Assembly (NCBI GenBank): GCA_039024555.1
Contig: JBCCQQ010000005.1
Coordinates: 64,001-128,000 of the forward strand
Reading direction: 5' to 3'
Length of the DNA: 64,000 bases
Source: Cyanobacteria bacterium P01_D01_bin.156
Lineage (GTDB): Bacteria > Cyanobacteriota > Cyanobacteriia > Phormidesmidales > Phormidesmidaceae
In this document: positions 30,293-41,810 of the stretch, one piece after another
How the letters are laid out: each line of letters begins with the position of its first letter
How positions within the stretch are numbered: the first letter of the stretch is position 1
The notes under the pieces: generated by a model
Databases searched by the model: none
Told to the model about the DNA's origin: nothing
Seen by the model: the letters and a program-made list of their open reading frames with translations, nothing else
Position numbers and translations under genes: made by a program

Positions 30293-31801
30293 ATGGGTTG
30301 CATGGAAAATACAGCTTTTTCCTGGGGAATTATCGTATTTCTCCTAGGAACGTTAGGCATTGGTGTGTGGGCATCTAAACAAATCAAAGGCGATAGCGTC
30401 AATTTTTTAGTCGCCGGCAGAGGCCTCGCTCTACCTCTTGCTGCAGCTACATTAATGGCCCAGTCAGTTGATTCAAACGCCACCTTGGGTAACACTGACC
30501 TATCGTCAGAGTTCGGCTTTTGGGCAGGGGCCGCTTTACCCATCGGGTTATCGCTATGTTTACTGTTGACCGGACTGTTCATAGCAAAACCCATGAACCG
30601 CATGGGGTTAATTACTATTCCCGATTTTTATCGTGTGAAATATGGACGTACGGTTGAGTTAATTGCGGCCTGCATTATGACCGTCAGTTTCTCATTCTTA
30701 CTAGCTGGCAACCTGGTGGCTGGTGGCTATATGTTCGAGAACTTTCTGGGCCTAAGCTATCTCGGTGGCATCACCTTACTCGCTGTTTTAGTATTTGCCT
30801 ACACCGTCTCCGGCGGTCTGTTTGCTGTTGCCTACACTGATTTTATTCAGGTCTTTATTGCCTTGTTGGGCTCTTGGGGATTGTTAATCTATGTGCTGGC
30901 AAATTTTGGCTTAAACATTGAGCCCGGAATGGGACCTTTGGCATTTGACCAGCTCACCGCCGTTAGTTCAGGGGCTGCCATTAACTGGGCCAGTATCATC
31001 GCCCTTGGGTTTGGCAATATGGTAGCCATTGACTTTATGGCTCGAATTTTTGCGGCGGATAGTCCACAAACTGCCCAAAGAGCGTGCTTATTTGCATCTG
31101 CTGGCACATTAATTATCGGTATTCCATTTTCGATTATCGCTCTGGGTTCAAACAGTATTTTTAGCCAATTGGGGATTACGGCGGATGGTCCCGTGCTGTT
31201 TTCTCTCCTAGAAAATGTGATTCCCCCCTTCCTCGGTTTGTTAGTGTTGGCGGCCATCCTATCAGCCTCACTATCTACGGCAGATGGTGCCATCCTGGGG
31301 ACCTCATCGGTTTTGGCTCACAATGTTTTCGGTATTCGGCATGCCAATGCCCATGGCGCAGGTGGCGACAAGCTACTGTTGATCACCCGTTTGATGGCTA
31401 TTGTAATTACGCTGCTTGGTCTCTTCTTAGGGTTGCGGGTACCCCAAACAGGGGTATTGTTACTGCTAGCTTTTGATATGAGCTTTGCAGGCTTGGTGGT
31501 ACCTCTGATTGGTGGTTTATTTTGGGAAAAGTCAACAGCACAGGGTGCGCTGGCCTGTATTCTGGCAGGGTCCATCACTCGGTTTGTATTCTTTGCCCTA
31601 ATGCCAACAATGTTTGGCGTTGACAATACGCTGCTGTATATACCCAATGGCATTTTTACCATTGATTTTGATGGCTTTCCCACCCTCATTTGTCCATTAA
31701 TCGGACTGATCGCGTTTATTGTTATCTCCAAGATTACCTATCGCGAAAAGAGAGGCGACCAGGAACAAGCTAGGGTGATGGCTAAAGTTCGAGGGCTGTA
31801 G
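30293..31801 (+). CDS. Sodium:solute symporter family protein
   Basis: FLVAGRGL, TIPDFYRVKYG, YTVSGGLFAVAYTD, ASLSTADG; about 13 TMs. Confidence 0.92.
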   Translation: MGCMENTAFSWGIIVFLLGTLGIGVWASKQIKGDSVNFLVAGRGLALPLAAATLMAQSVDSNATLGNTDLSSEFGFWAGAALPIGLSLCLLLTGLFIAKPMNRMGLITIPDFYRVKYGRTVELIAACIMTVSFSFLLAGNLVAGGYMFENFLGLSYLGGITLLAVLVFAYTVSGGLFAVAYTDFIQVFIALLGSWGLLIYVLANFGLNIEPGMGPLAFDQLTAVSSGAAINWASIIALGFGNMVAIDFMARIFAADSPQTAQRACLFASAGTLIIGIPFSIIALGSNSIFSQLGITADGPVLFSLLENVIPPFLGLLVLAAILSASLSTADGAILGTSSVLAHNVFGIRHANAHGAGGDKLLLITRLMAIVITLLGLFLGLRVPQTGVLLLLAFDMSFAGLVVPLIGGLFWEKSTAQGALACILAGSITRFVFFALMPTMFGVDNTLLYIPNGIFTIDFDGFPTLICPLIGLIAFIVISKITYREKRGDQEQARVMAKVRGL

Positions 31802-31879
31802 ATAGATTGCCAGCTGTGTGGTAATTTGAACGCGATAGTCAACGTAAATGGCTAGAAAGCCTTAGATGGCAAGTTAAGC

Positions 31880-31919
31880 ACACAGTAAGCCGCTGAACAT
31901 GTTCAGCGGCTTACTGTGT
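31880..31919. repeat. 40-bp perfect palindrome downstream of the SSS gene
   Basis: acacagtaagccgctgaaca|tgttcagcggcttactgtgt. Confidence 0.9.
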
Positions 31920-32031
31920 ATCTGGATAAAATCTCGGTATAGGAAAGCACATTGAGCCAACTTAGATATCAGACATTACAGAACCTGCTGATATTTTCTG
32001 TTACACACACTGTGATAGGCAGACAAGGGAC

Positions 32032-32457
32032 ATGAGCGAGCAAATATTCTATCTAGGGCAAAAGGTCATTACCGTTAAGAACCATACTTGGCGCGTTAAG
32101 GGTAATGACTATGTAGTTGAGGCTGGTACTTCAGCAACCATCGTCGATTTTGGTCGATACTCCAATGACCCCCATATTCAGTTTAAAGATGGTGTGACCG
32201 TAACCAGTGCTCCGAAGCTGATTATGCCCCTTGCTCAAGATATAACTGTTAACCAAACCTTTAACTGTACTCAGCGTGAACTGGTGTTTGATATTGCCCA
32301 AAAAATATATGGGACTATGCGGCCCAATAATGGAAAGCTGCTGCTAACAGATGTGTTCAATAAGCAAAACCCTGAAAAGTTTGCCATTATCAAATCTGCT
32401 GAAGCCGTGTTTGAATTATTTGTGGGGTATCCCCCCAGCTATGATGACGAGAATTAA
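32032..32457 (+). CDS. Hypothetical protein
   Basis: 141-aa ORF with AAGGGA immediately before the ATG; no recognised family. Confidence 0.65.
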   Translation: MSEQIFYLGQKVITVKNHTWRVKGNDYVVEAGTSATIVDFGRYSNDPHIQFKDGVTVTSAPKLIMPLAQDITVNQTFNCTQRELVFDIAQKIYGTMRPNNGKLLLTDVFNKQNPEKFAIIKSAEAVFELFVGYPPSYDDEN

Positions 32458-32631
32458 AAACTACATGGGATAGTCCAAACAGCAGATATCTCCATAGAGT
32501 CATTGCCAACAAACAGCTTCTGAATAAGATTTGAACTGAAGAGAATTATTCAGAAAAATTTTAGGCATATATACCTTAGCAGAACTGCTATCCGAAAAGT
32601 TTCTGAATTTGTTTTAGAGCTATGAAACACC

Positions 32632-33528
32632 CTATGTCGTCAGAGTTTGATCAACCTGATCTACATCGGTAAATTTTGATCGTCTGCGCTGCGTCCAAAG
32701 GTTAACTAATAACCCGTCAGATGGACTAAAGAAAAACGCTAGACAGAAAAAGCAGAAGGCAACAAGGACAATTGCGGCTCCTGATGGTGCATCTAAATAA
32801 TAGCTGAGGTACATGCCAATCACACTGGAGAGAGAGCCAATGATCGAACCCACCCACATGATTTGGTGTAACTCTTTGACCAACAGGTAGGCCGTCACAG
32901 CCGGTGCGACTAGCAATGCAACAACCAACAATGCCCCTACCGTAGGTAAACACACCACAATTGTCACCGTCATAGCAACAATCAGCGCTGCATTGTACCA
33001 ACGCACGGGCAAACCACTGGCCTGGGCACCTCTTGGATCAAAGGTATAAAACAAAAGCTCTTTGAAAAACAAGCGCACCAAAATAATTCCGGTGACGGTG
33101 ACGGCAAGGGTCCACCAGACCTCTTTCATGGTCACCCCGAGAATATTACCGAACAAGACATGAACTAAATCAATACGGTTTGCGCCGGGAATGACGCTGA
33201 CTAACGTGACGCCAATGGCAACAAATGATGTCAAGATTAGAGCCATGGCTGCGTCAGTTTTTACACGGGACTTTGACTCAATTAAATAGAGCACCAAAGC
33301 ACTAATCACGCCCGCGACCAACGCGCCAAATGACAAAGCTACACCCACTACATAGGCAATGGGCAAACCGGCCATCACCGAGTGAGAAATGGCATGGGCC
33401 AACATGCCCATCTGCTGCACAATCATGTAGCTGCCAACAACCGCACAGAGAACGCCGAGTAAAATACCCAGCATCAATGCACGTTGCATAAAGCTCAATG
33501 ACAGTGGTTCAAGAATCCAATCAAACAT
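32632..33528 (-). CDS. Zn/Mn ABC transporter permease
   Basis: HAISHSVMAG, LFGNIL, FDP, VGALLV, APSGAAIV (ABC-3 family). Confidence 0.93.
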   Translation of the reverse strand: MFDWILEPLSLSFMQRALMLGILLGVLCAVVGSYMIVQQMGMLAHAISHSVMAGLPIAYVVGVALSFGALVAGVISALVLYLIESKSRVKTDAAMALILTSFVAIGVTLVSVIPGANRIDLVHVLFGNILGVTMKEVWWTLAVTVTGIILVRLFFKELLFYTFDPRGAQASGLPVRWYNAALIVAMTVTIVVCLPTVGALLVVALLVAPAVTAYLLVKELHQIMWVGSIIGSLSSVIGMYLSYYLDAPSGAAIVLVAFCFFCLAFFFSPSDGLLVNLWTQRRRSKFTDVDQVDQTLTT

Positions 33529-33565
33529 GGAACCGTTTTATATCCTCTAATAAACCTGGTGTACT

Positions 33566-34285
33566 TTAAGCAAAAACTCTGGCCAGTCCTCGACCGTAAG
33601 CTCGTTCCAAGTTGTCGGAGGTGACAACTTCCTGACGTTTTCCTTGGGCTATCAAACGTTTGTTGAGCAGCAGCAACTGATCATAAATTGCCAACGAATC
33701 GCCCAGATCGTGGTTAATGACCAGCAGTGTTTTCCCGACAGCTCGTAGCTCCTGAAAAATATCGAAAATAATATCTTCGGTTTTGCGATCAACCGCCGTA
33801 AAAGGTTCATCAAAAATTAAGAGTTCAGCTTCTTTGGCCAACGCTCGGGCCAGAAAAACCCGCTGTTGCTGACCACCTGAGAGTTCGCCAATGGGGCGAT
33901 CCTTTAGCTCGTACATACCCACCCTTTCAAGGGCAGTTTGGGCCAAATATTTGGCCTGACGACTAAACTTTCGAAAGAGCCCGGTTTGAACAGTCTGGGC
34001 CATCATCACCACATTCCAAACTGTCACTGGATAATCCCAATCGATACGAGACCGCTGGGGCACATAGGTGGTTTTAAGCAGCTGATTCTTCAGTGACCTT
34101 CCTTTAAACTGAATGACCCCTTGCGTCACAGGAACCAAGTTCAGCATGGCTTCAACCAAAGTACTTTTGCCAGCACCATTGGGGCCAATAATCCCCACCA
34201 ATTGACCTGAGGGTACAAAAAAACTGACATTGTGGAGTGCGCGGTCACCTCGATAGTCGACCGACAAATTCTGAATTTCTAACAT
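33566..34285 (-). CDS. Zn/Mn ABC transporter ATP-binding protein
   Basis: GPNGAGKST, YVPQRS, LSGGQQQR, DEPF. Confidence 0.94.
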   Translation of the reverse strand: MLEIQNLSVDYRGDRALHNVSFFVPSGQLVGIIGPNGAGKSTLVEAMLNLVPVTQGVIQFKGRSLKNQLLKTTYVPQRSRIDWDYPVTVWNVVMMAQTVQTGLFRKFSRQAKYLAQTALERVGMYELKDRPIGELSGGQQQRVFLARALAKEAELLIFDEPFTAVDRKTEDIIFDIFQELRAVGKTLLVINHDLGDSLAIYDQLLLLNKRLIAQGKRQEVVTSDNLERAYGRGLARVFA

Positions 34286-34471
34286 TAGAAAAGAACACTT
34301 AGCGAGAGAGGATGATTTGCGACCACCTTGTAATTAAGTGACCCGACTGTTTGCTTAAAAGAACAGATGCTGCGACCAAGCTTAATGAAATATTTTCTTA
34401 ATAAGCTAGTTAAAGGTTGACACCAGTGTATAGGTTAGTTATATAAATGTCTAGGTGAAAATGTTTAGGTT

Positions 34472-34528
34472 TGATATTGCAATACTCACAGCTCTGTCTC
34501 TACACAGGCTGTGAGTATTGCAATATCA
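34472..34528. repeat. 21-15-21 perfect inverted repeat in the divergent metal-ABC promoter region
   Basis: tgatattgcaatactcacagc-N15-gctgtgagtattgcaatatca. Confidence 0.85.
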
Positions 34529-34686
34529 GCGATCCCCACGTATGAGAGGGTACGAAGAAGGCTAGTCCGTAATAATTCTCATCAATCTTTTCAGATGAAT
34601 TTGTTGTTGAGCTGGCTAGAGCGGATTGTTGATTCCATGCCTTCGACAGTTTTTTGAAGAACATCATTCATTGAGGAATATCAATA

Positions 34687-35682
34687 ATGCAGCGATATTT
34701 TTTACACAATCAAGGCGTCTTAGCAGGTGCGATCGCACTCCTAATTGGTCTTGCCGGTTGTACCAGCTCCACACCCAGCAGTCCAGATGGCGCAGCCGAA
34801 TCTGATGTAGCCGCTAGTGATGTGGCGGACGATTCCCAAATTGATGTCGTCGCATCCTACAGCGTTATTTGCGATTTAACCTCTCAAATTGCGGCGGATG
34901 CGGTGCAAGTGAACTGTTTAATCCCTCCCGATCAAGACCCTCACACCTATGAGGCCACCCCCTCCGATCGCAAGGCCGTCGAGGAGGCTGATCTAGTCTT
35001 TTATGCCGGACTCAACTTCGAACCTGCGATCATTGAGATGGCTGAGGCTTCTGAAACCGAGGCTCCAAAAATTGCTTTGCATGATGAATCGGTTCAGCAA
35101 CTGATTGAGGTCGAAGAAGAGGGTACATTAGAACCCGATCCCCACGTCTGGCATGACGTTGAAAATGGCCTAGAAATGGTTGCCTTGATTCGGGATAATC
35201 TCGTCGCCGTTGATCCCGACAATGCCGACATGTATACCAAAAATGCTGAAGCACTGACGGCTGAGTTGCAGACACTGGATACCTGGATTCCAGAACAAAT
35301 TGCAACCATTCCAGAAGAACAGCGCCGCTTGGTTACCACCCATGATGCGATGTCGTATTATGCCAAAGCCTATGGGTTAACGGTCGAGGGCACATTGTTG
35401 GGCGTTTCAACTGAAGAGGAGCCCACTGCTGCCAAGGTTAACGAATTGTCTACATCCATTCGTGACAAAGCTCTTCCGACTATTTTTGCCGAACTTACGG
35501 CTGACGATCGTGTGTTAAAAACCGTAGCAGACGAAGCCGGTGTTTCTATCTCAGAAAACGTCTTGCTATCAGACGGTTTGGGGGCAGAAGGTACACCTGG
35601 GGAGAGTTACACTGGGATGCTAGTTTATAACACCTGCACCATCGTGGACGGTTTGGGCGGAGAATGTGCGCCTGCTCCATAA
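34687..35682 (+). CDS. Zn/Mn ABC transporter substrate-binding lipoprotein
   Basis: Lipobox LAGC; DPHTYE, DPHVW, TTHDA, LSDG (His-His-His-Asp ligand set). Confidence 0.93.
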   Translation: MQRYFLHNQGVLAGAIALLIGLAGCTSSTPSSPDGAAESDVAASDVADDSQIDVVASYSVICDLTSQIAADAVQVNCLIPPDQDPHTYEATPSDRKAVEEADLVFYAGLNFEPAIIEMAEASETEAPKIALHDESVQQLIEVEEEGTLEPDPHVWHDVENGLEMVALIRDNLVAVDPDNADMYTKNAEALTAELQTLDTWIPEQIATIPEEQRRLVTTHDAMSYYAKAYGLTVEGTLLGVSTEEEPTAAKVNELSTSIRDKALPTIFAELTADDRVLKTVADEAGVSISENVLLSDGLGAEGTPGESYTGMLVYNTCTIVDGLGGECAPAP

Positions 35683-35876
35683 GGGGGCGATGAGTTTTGA
35701 ACTCATTGCAATGGTGTATATTTAGCGTGCTCTAAATAGCTTTTTAAGCAACATAGTATGGCGGCTTGTTCAATGTACGAGTCGCCATATTTGTGTTTAG
35801 GGAGCTGTTGAATTACTTAACAAAAGAGACACTACTCTGAAACAGTCTCTGCTGTTTCAACAGTGACATCCTGCCT

Positions 35877-36464
35877 CTAATCATTAGACTGGGCATCTTG
35901 GCAGATATCACAGCAGAGCTTGGCAAGCATTTTCGCCGTATCATGCTTACCCTGTGGCAAGGCTTGAAACATAACAGAATAGCCTTCGATATAGGGCATA
36001 AGTAGACTTGCCATGTTGTTGGCAGCTTTTTCACAGTCACTGACTAGAATGAGCAGCTTCGATAGCTTATTCATAGTCACTTTGTAGTAGTCAATCAGTT
36101 GCATGTGTATGTCTTCATCCCGTGCAGAGAGAGCCCATATCTCACGAAAAATGCGGCACATATCGCTGACGTGATCGACATGATCTAGCAAGAAGAGAAT
36201 CAAATTCTGTAGCTTTTCCTCAGTAGTTCCATCTGTCGGAGTGGGTTGATAATCATCCAACAAGCTTGTGCATTCACCAAAATAATCGTCTGCTAGTCCA
36301 GACATGAGAGCAGTCTTATCCTTGAAATGATATTGCAAATTTCCTAAGCTCATCTCTGCTTGCGCGGCAACCTTACGCATCGTTAGCCCTTCAGTGCCGT
36401 AAATCTTCAGCAAGACAATTGCTGATTGGATGATGTGTGTCTTTGTATTTTGGGCAGGAGACAT
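35877..36464 (-). CDS. TetR family transcriptional regulator
   Basis: GLTMRKVAAQAEMSLGNLQYHFKDK HTH; start set at MSPAQ. Confidence 0.92.
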   Translation of the reverse strand: MSPAQNTKTHIIQSAIVLLKIYGTEGLTMRKVAAQAEMSLGNLQYHFKDKTALMSGLADDYFGECTSLLDDYQPTPTDGTTEEKLQNLILFLLDHVDHVSDMCRIFREIWALSARDEDIHMQLIDYYKVTMNKLSKLLILVSDCEKAANNMASLLMPYIEGYSVMFQALPQGKHDTAKMLAKLCCDICQDAQSND

Positions 36465-36505
36465 GGACTTTGTTCTGACTAGGAATGATTCATTTCGCAA
36501 CACCC

Positions 36506-37496
<991 letters not shown>

Positions 37497-37512
37497 GCAC
37501 GGGATAATTGCT

Positions 37513-38094
37513 ATGCGAATTATGAACCTGGTGTTTCATCCCAATTTGAAGAAATCGCGCGTAAATCGGATCTGGAAACAGCAGTTTGAGGAAAGCGGTA
37601 AAATTACAACCTCTCGTGACATGTACGATGAGTATCCAGATTTCCAAATTGATGTCATGCACGAGCACGAGCAGCTCCTCGCCCATGACCGTATTATTTT
37701 TCAATTTCCGTTTTACTGGTATTCTTGCCCGCCGCTGCTAAAAAAGTGGCTGGATGATGTGCTGACCTATGGTTTTGCCTATGGGAGTACTGGCGATAAG
37801 CTCAAAGGCAAAGATCTTCAAATCATTACGTCTGTAGGTGGGAAGGAGAGATTTTACAGTGGCTTTGACATCTACGCGACAATCTATGAATTGCTGCGGC
37901 CATTTCAATTAACTGCCAACCTATGTCAGATGCACTACATGTTGCCTGTATGGATGTGCCGTGCGGATAGTGCTCCTGAAGACGTTATTCGCAAATATGG
38001 TGCACATTGGGTGGATATGATTAACGATCCTCTACGTGCAGACGGTAGAACATTTCTTGAGAGCAAATCCGGCAATTACGAATCGCTAGTCTAA
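37513..38094 (+). CDS. Flavodoxin-fold NAD(P)H oxidoreductase (KefF/YwrO-like)
   Basis: FHPN, QFPFYWYSCPPLLKKWLD, GFAYG, LKGK. Confidence 0.9.
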   Translation: MRIMNLVFHPNLKKSRVNRIWKQQFEESGKITTSRDMYDEYPDFQIDVMHEHEQLLAHDRIIFQFPFYWYSCPPLLKKWLDDVLTYGFAYGSTGDKLKGKDLQIITSVGGKERFYSGFDIYATIYELLRPFQLTANLCQMHYMLPVWMCRADSAPEDVIRKYGAHWVDMINDPLRADGRTFLESKSGNYESLV

Positions 38095-38145
38095 GCAACT
38101 CTACAGGTATGCCTAGTGACAACGACACCACCACGCAAAAAGTGT

Positions 38146-38189
38146 TAGAGTCAACCTTAACATTCTTGTAAATGTTAAGGTTGACTCTA
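38146..38189. promoter_or_regulatory. CoaR (MerR-type) operator, 19-6-19 perfect inverted repeat
   Basis: tagagtcaaccttaacatt-cttgta-aatgttaaggttgactcta; core matches the Synechocystis coa operator as I recall it (AACCTT.ACATT-N6-AATGTTAAGGTT). Confidence 0.85.
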
Positions 38190-39331
38190 TGGTCCAGTCT
38201 AAGCAACAGTTCACCATCAAACAGTTAACTGAAACCGTTGGCGGCAAAGTAACGCCACGTATGGTGCGTCACTATCATCAGTTAGGACTATTGCCCCAGC
38301 CCAAGCGATCGCGCGGCAATTACCGACTTTATGATCATGCCGATGTGCAACGGTTGCGACGCATTGTAGCGCTTAAGCAGCAGGGCTTTCAGCTGAGCCA
38401 TATCCAGCAATTGCTCGATATACAGGGTGACGCGCCATCAAATTCGATGGCCGTTATGGAACAGCTACAACAGCATTATCAAACATTGATGCGCCAGCTT
38501 GTGCAGCTGCGACAAACCGCCATGGCGGTTGAAGGTATTTTAGGGCGAGATCAGGGCTGCCAAACTGTGCAATCCGAAGCCTTAGCGCAGCTGCGGGTTT
38601 TAGAAGTTGAGGCCAATGAGCTCGCCACCCATCAAGTTTGGAATAATCTTGATGGTGCGGCCCACAATCACCCAGAAAACTTTCAGCAAGCCTTAGAACG
38701 CCTGTTGCCCGATCTATCAGAGCGATCGGAAATTGAGATCGATTTACTCAGCCAAATGGTTTTAGCCTGTGGCGATGTGAGTTTAGTGCCCTTTGTACGG
38801 TTAAGTTCTAATGCGCTAAAGGCTGCCCGAGACATCCTAAAGCAGGGTTGCACTATCGTGGGTGATATCCCGGCTGTGGCGACAGCTCTCGACCAGACAC
38901 GGTTGGCCCATTTAGGGTGCTCTGTGAAAACGTTAATCGATAATCCACACATTAATAGCGCTGCGGAAGCAGAACAAACATTTTGGCAACAGGATCAATG
39001 GCGGTCTAAGCTACATAATTTGCCAGAGGGGTGTGTCTTGGTGATTGGGTATGCCCCCTCTGTTTTGCTGGCTGTCTGCGAGGCCATACACCAATTAAAA
39101 CCAGCCCTTGTCATTGGTTTACCCATTGGTTTTAGTCATGCCCCTGCCGCTAAGCGTCGTTTACAGCAAAGTGGTGTCCCTTTTATCACCACTGAAGGCA
39201 CTCAGGGGGGAGGGCTCTTAGCCGCTGTAGCGCTTAATTCGTTGATGACAACACTGATTGAAAAGCCTGACTGTCATTGTTATCTCAAGGGCATTCAGGG
39301 ACTCGGCATTAAAAAAAGCACTTCTGACTAG
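38189..39331 (+). CDS. coaR: Cobalt-responsive regulator: MerR HTH fused to a precorrin isomerase (CobH-like) domain
   Basis: MVRHYHQLGLL/NYRLY MerR domain; VIGYAPS, IGLPIGF, GGGLLAA CobH-like; C-terminal CHC motif. Confidence 0.88.
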   Translation: MVQSKQQFTIKQLTETVGGKVTPRMVRHYHQLGLLPQPKRSRGNYRLYDHADVQRLRRIVALKQQGFQLSHIQQLLDIQGDAPSNSMAVMEQLQQHYQTLMRQLVQLRQTAMAVEGILGRDQGCQTVQSEALAQLRVLEVEANELATHQVWNNLDGAAHNHPENFQQALERLLPDLSERSEIEIDLLSQMVLACGDVSLVPFVRLSSNALKAARDILKQGCTIVGDIPAVATALDQTRLAHLGCSVKTLIDNPHINSAAEAEQTFWQQDQWRSKLHNLPEGCVLVIGYAPSVLLAVCEAIHQLKPALVIGLPIGFSHAPAAKRRLQQSGVPFITTEGTQGGGLLAAVALNSLMTTLIEKPDCHCYLKGIQGLGIKKSTSD

Positions 39332-39342
39332 GCCAGAAGTGC
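39311..39342 (-). terminator. Intrinsic terminator of the cyn operon
   Basis: gcacttctg/cagaagtgc stem followed by T7 on the minus strand. Confidence 0.7.
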
Positions 39343-39410
39343 CGTTGCTTTAAGGTGGGAGTCACCCAAGAATGTAAGAGTGTTTGTCTATGGAAGAAAA
39401 GATTTGAAGG

Positions 39411-39860
39411 TTACCACTTCTTATAGGGCAAGAATTTACCGCACATGATCACCTTAACGCGATCGCCCTTAGGATCTTCTTCTTTTTCGACATCAATGGA
39501 GAAGTCAATGGCACTCATGATGCCATCGCCAAATTTCTCATGGACAACTTCTTTTACAGGTACGCCATAGACCTGCATGATCTCATAAAAGCGATAGATC
39601 AGCGGATCGGTGGGTACAAGGGGATCTAATCCACCCTTCATGGGGCACTCGGTTAAATACTCAACAAACTCCGAACCCATGCCCAAGGCTTCTACAATTT
39701 TGGTGGCTTCTTCTTCAGAGGCACTGGCCTGACGATACAGTACCGATGCAATCCAGACTTCGTCATAGCCAAGCTTGGCCTCGAGATCAGCAAATGTCAG
39801 ACCTTTTGCTTTCTTTGCAGCAAGAAACTTTGCAGAAATTTCGGGAATAGCCATAACCAA
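39411..39860 (-). CDS. cynS: Cyanase
   Basis: [30 protein letters not shown]. Confidence 0.98.
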   Translation of the reverse strand: MVMAIPEISAKFLAAKKAKGLTFADLEAKLGYDEVWIASVLYRQASASEEEATKIVEALGMGSEFVEYLTECPMKGGLDPLVPTDPLIYRFYEIMQVYGVPVKEVVHEKFGDGIMSAIDFSIDVEKEEDPKGDRVKVIMCGKFLPYKKW

Positions 39861-40019
39861 AAATAACCTCTTGATTTCGATAACTAAAAAGGAAAACGAG
39901 CTGTTAAGGAACTACTTCACGGGTTAGTCCTGAAAGGCTTGTTAAGCCATGACTTCAAGGAACAAGACCATGAGATTTATTTTTTAACAAGCCCAAACGC
40001 TTACTGGAAGCCGCAAGAA

Positions 40020-40913
40020 TTATCGTATGCGCGACTCTTCTACGGCACGGGTCTCACGGAACAGATGACTTTCCATCTCGGCTTTCAGGTCGTGGTAGGC
40101 CGGATGCTGATCAATGGTTTCGCGATCGCGAGGACGAGGAAATGGAACTTCCAAAATCTCATCGACGCGGGCGGCTGGGCCACGGGTCATCATCACAATC
40201 CGATCCGACAGCAGCAACGCTTCTTCAATGCTGTGGGTAATCATAATCACCGTTTTGCGCTGCTGTTCCCAGATACGCTCCACCTCGCTTTGCAAAAAGC
40301 CGCGAGTCAGTGCGTCCAAGGCACCAAAGGGTTCATCCATCAACAGAATTTGAGGATTAATCGCCAACGCTCGGGCAATACCCACCCGCTGACGCATCCC
40401 CCCAGAAAGCTCATGGGGGTGTTTTTTCTCGGCCCCTTCAAGACCTACCAGCTGAATCTGTTCTTTGATATTACGGGTACGCTGTTTCGGGGACAGCTTT
40501 GGATACACTGTTTCAACGGCAAACCGGATATTTTCCTCAACAGTCATCCAAGGCATTAGGGCATAGTTTTGGAATACCATGCCTCGGTCCGGTCCAGGTC
40601 CCGTAATCGGTAACCCGTTGAGCAGGATGTCCCCCTGGGTAACATCCGACAGTCCCGCCACCATGTTGAGTAGCGTTGACTTACCACAGCCCGACGGACC
40701 AATGATCGAGACAAAGGTATTGGGCTCAATGTCTAAACTAATGTCCTCAATGGCCACAAAATCCCGAGTGGTTTTGCGTGTCAGCTTGCTAAACACATCT
40801 CGCTTACCCGCAAATACCTTCGTAACATTGCGAATAGAAAGCTGGGCTGACGGAAATTCAGATTCTGGAGACACGGCACCATTAGAGGAGTAATTGACGG
40901 AAGCAATGCTCAC
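40020..40913 (-). CDS. cynD: Cyanate/nitrate-type ABC ATP-binding protein
   Basis: [35 protein letters not shown]; adjacent to cynS. Confidence 0.85.
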   Translation of the reverse strand: MSIASVNYSSNGAVSPESEFPSAQLSIRNVTKVFAGKRDVFSKLTRKTTRDFVAIEDISLDIEPNTFVSIIGPSGCGKSTLLNMVAGLSDVTQGDILLNGLPITGPGPDRGMVFQNYALMPWMTVEENIRFAVETVYPKLSPKQRTRNIKEQIQLVGLEGAEKKHPHELSGGMRQRVGIARALAINPQILLMDEPFGALDALTRGFLQSEVERIWEQQRKTVIMITHSIEEALLLSDRIVMMTRGPAARVDEILEVPFPRPRDRETIDQHPAYHDLKAEMESHLFRETRAVEESRIR

Positions 40914-41749
40914 GCTTTACGACCAAACGCAACAAATTTTTCTAGAGCAGCAAACATGCTATCTAGGATGAGTCCTACTAGACCAATGATGAAAATAGCC
41001 ACCAAAATATTGGGGATGTACAAGTTATTCCATTCGTTCCAGATGAAATAACCCAGTCCCGTTCCCAACAACATCTCAGCCGCAACAATTACCAACCAGG
41101 CAATCCCCATACTGATCCGCAACCCAGACACAATATTAGGCAACGCCGCTGGAATAATCACCTTGAAAATGGTCCGCAGTCGCGATGCGCCTAGCGTCTT
41201 GGAAACATCCAAATATTCTGGATTAACATTGGCAACACCAAAGGCTGTATTGATCAGCGTAGGCCAGATGCTGGAGATCAAAATAATGAATACCCCAGTC
41301 TTCTCTGAATCTCGGAAGATATACAGACCTAGTGGTAGCCAGGCTAGAGGAGAAACTGGCTTGAGTAGCTGTACGTAGGGATTAAAGGCTTTGTAGGCAA
41401 TGGGCGAGATGCCAATCAAAATCCCTACGGGAATAGCGATGACAGAGGCCAAAATGTAGCCAATGGCCACACGTCGCAGGCTAATGAGTAGATTCCACCC
41501 GATCCCCAAGTCATTGGGACCATTATCAAAGAACGGATGGGTACTCCACCACCAAAGCTCCTGGAGCGTTTTAGAAGCAGTGGGCATCCCCTTAGCAAAC
41601 AGCTTCAGGTTTGCACCAACCTCCCAAAACAACAGAAATAGAATCAATGAGATGACAAACAGACCGAGGGCCTTAATGTTCTCATTTAGCCAGGGGGCAC
41701 CATTCTCCGTAGCTTTAATCGTATTAATAGCTGGCTTACTCACGGCCAT
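40910..41749 (-). CDS. cynB: Cyanate/nitrate-type ABC permease
   Basis: [35 protein letters not shown] (NrtB family). Confidence 0.85.
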   Translation of the reverse strand: MAVSKPAINTIKATENGAPWLNENIKALGLFVISLILFLLFWEVGANLKLFAKGMPTASKTLQELWWWSTHPFFDNGPNDLGIGWNLLISLRRVAIGYILASVIAIPVGILIGISPIAYKAFNPYVQLLKPVSPLAWLPLGLYIFRDSEKTGVFIILISSIWPTLINTAFGVANVNPEYLDVSKTLGASRLRTIFKVIIPAALPNIVSGLRISMGIAWLVIVAAEMLLGTGLGYFIWNEWNNLYIPNILVAIFIIGLVGLILDSMFAALEKFVAFGRKA

Positions 41750-41810
41750 GCAGAAGATACCTCTAATTTCAAATAACGATGTTAAAGGAAACTCTAATTT
41801 GCTGGACAGC

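Noticed and set aside
38021..38206. Minus-strand 61-aa ORF as a coaT remnant
   Set aside because: No P-type ATPase similarity visible; it spans the operator itself
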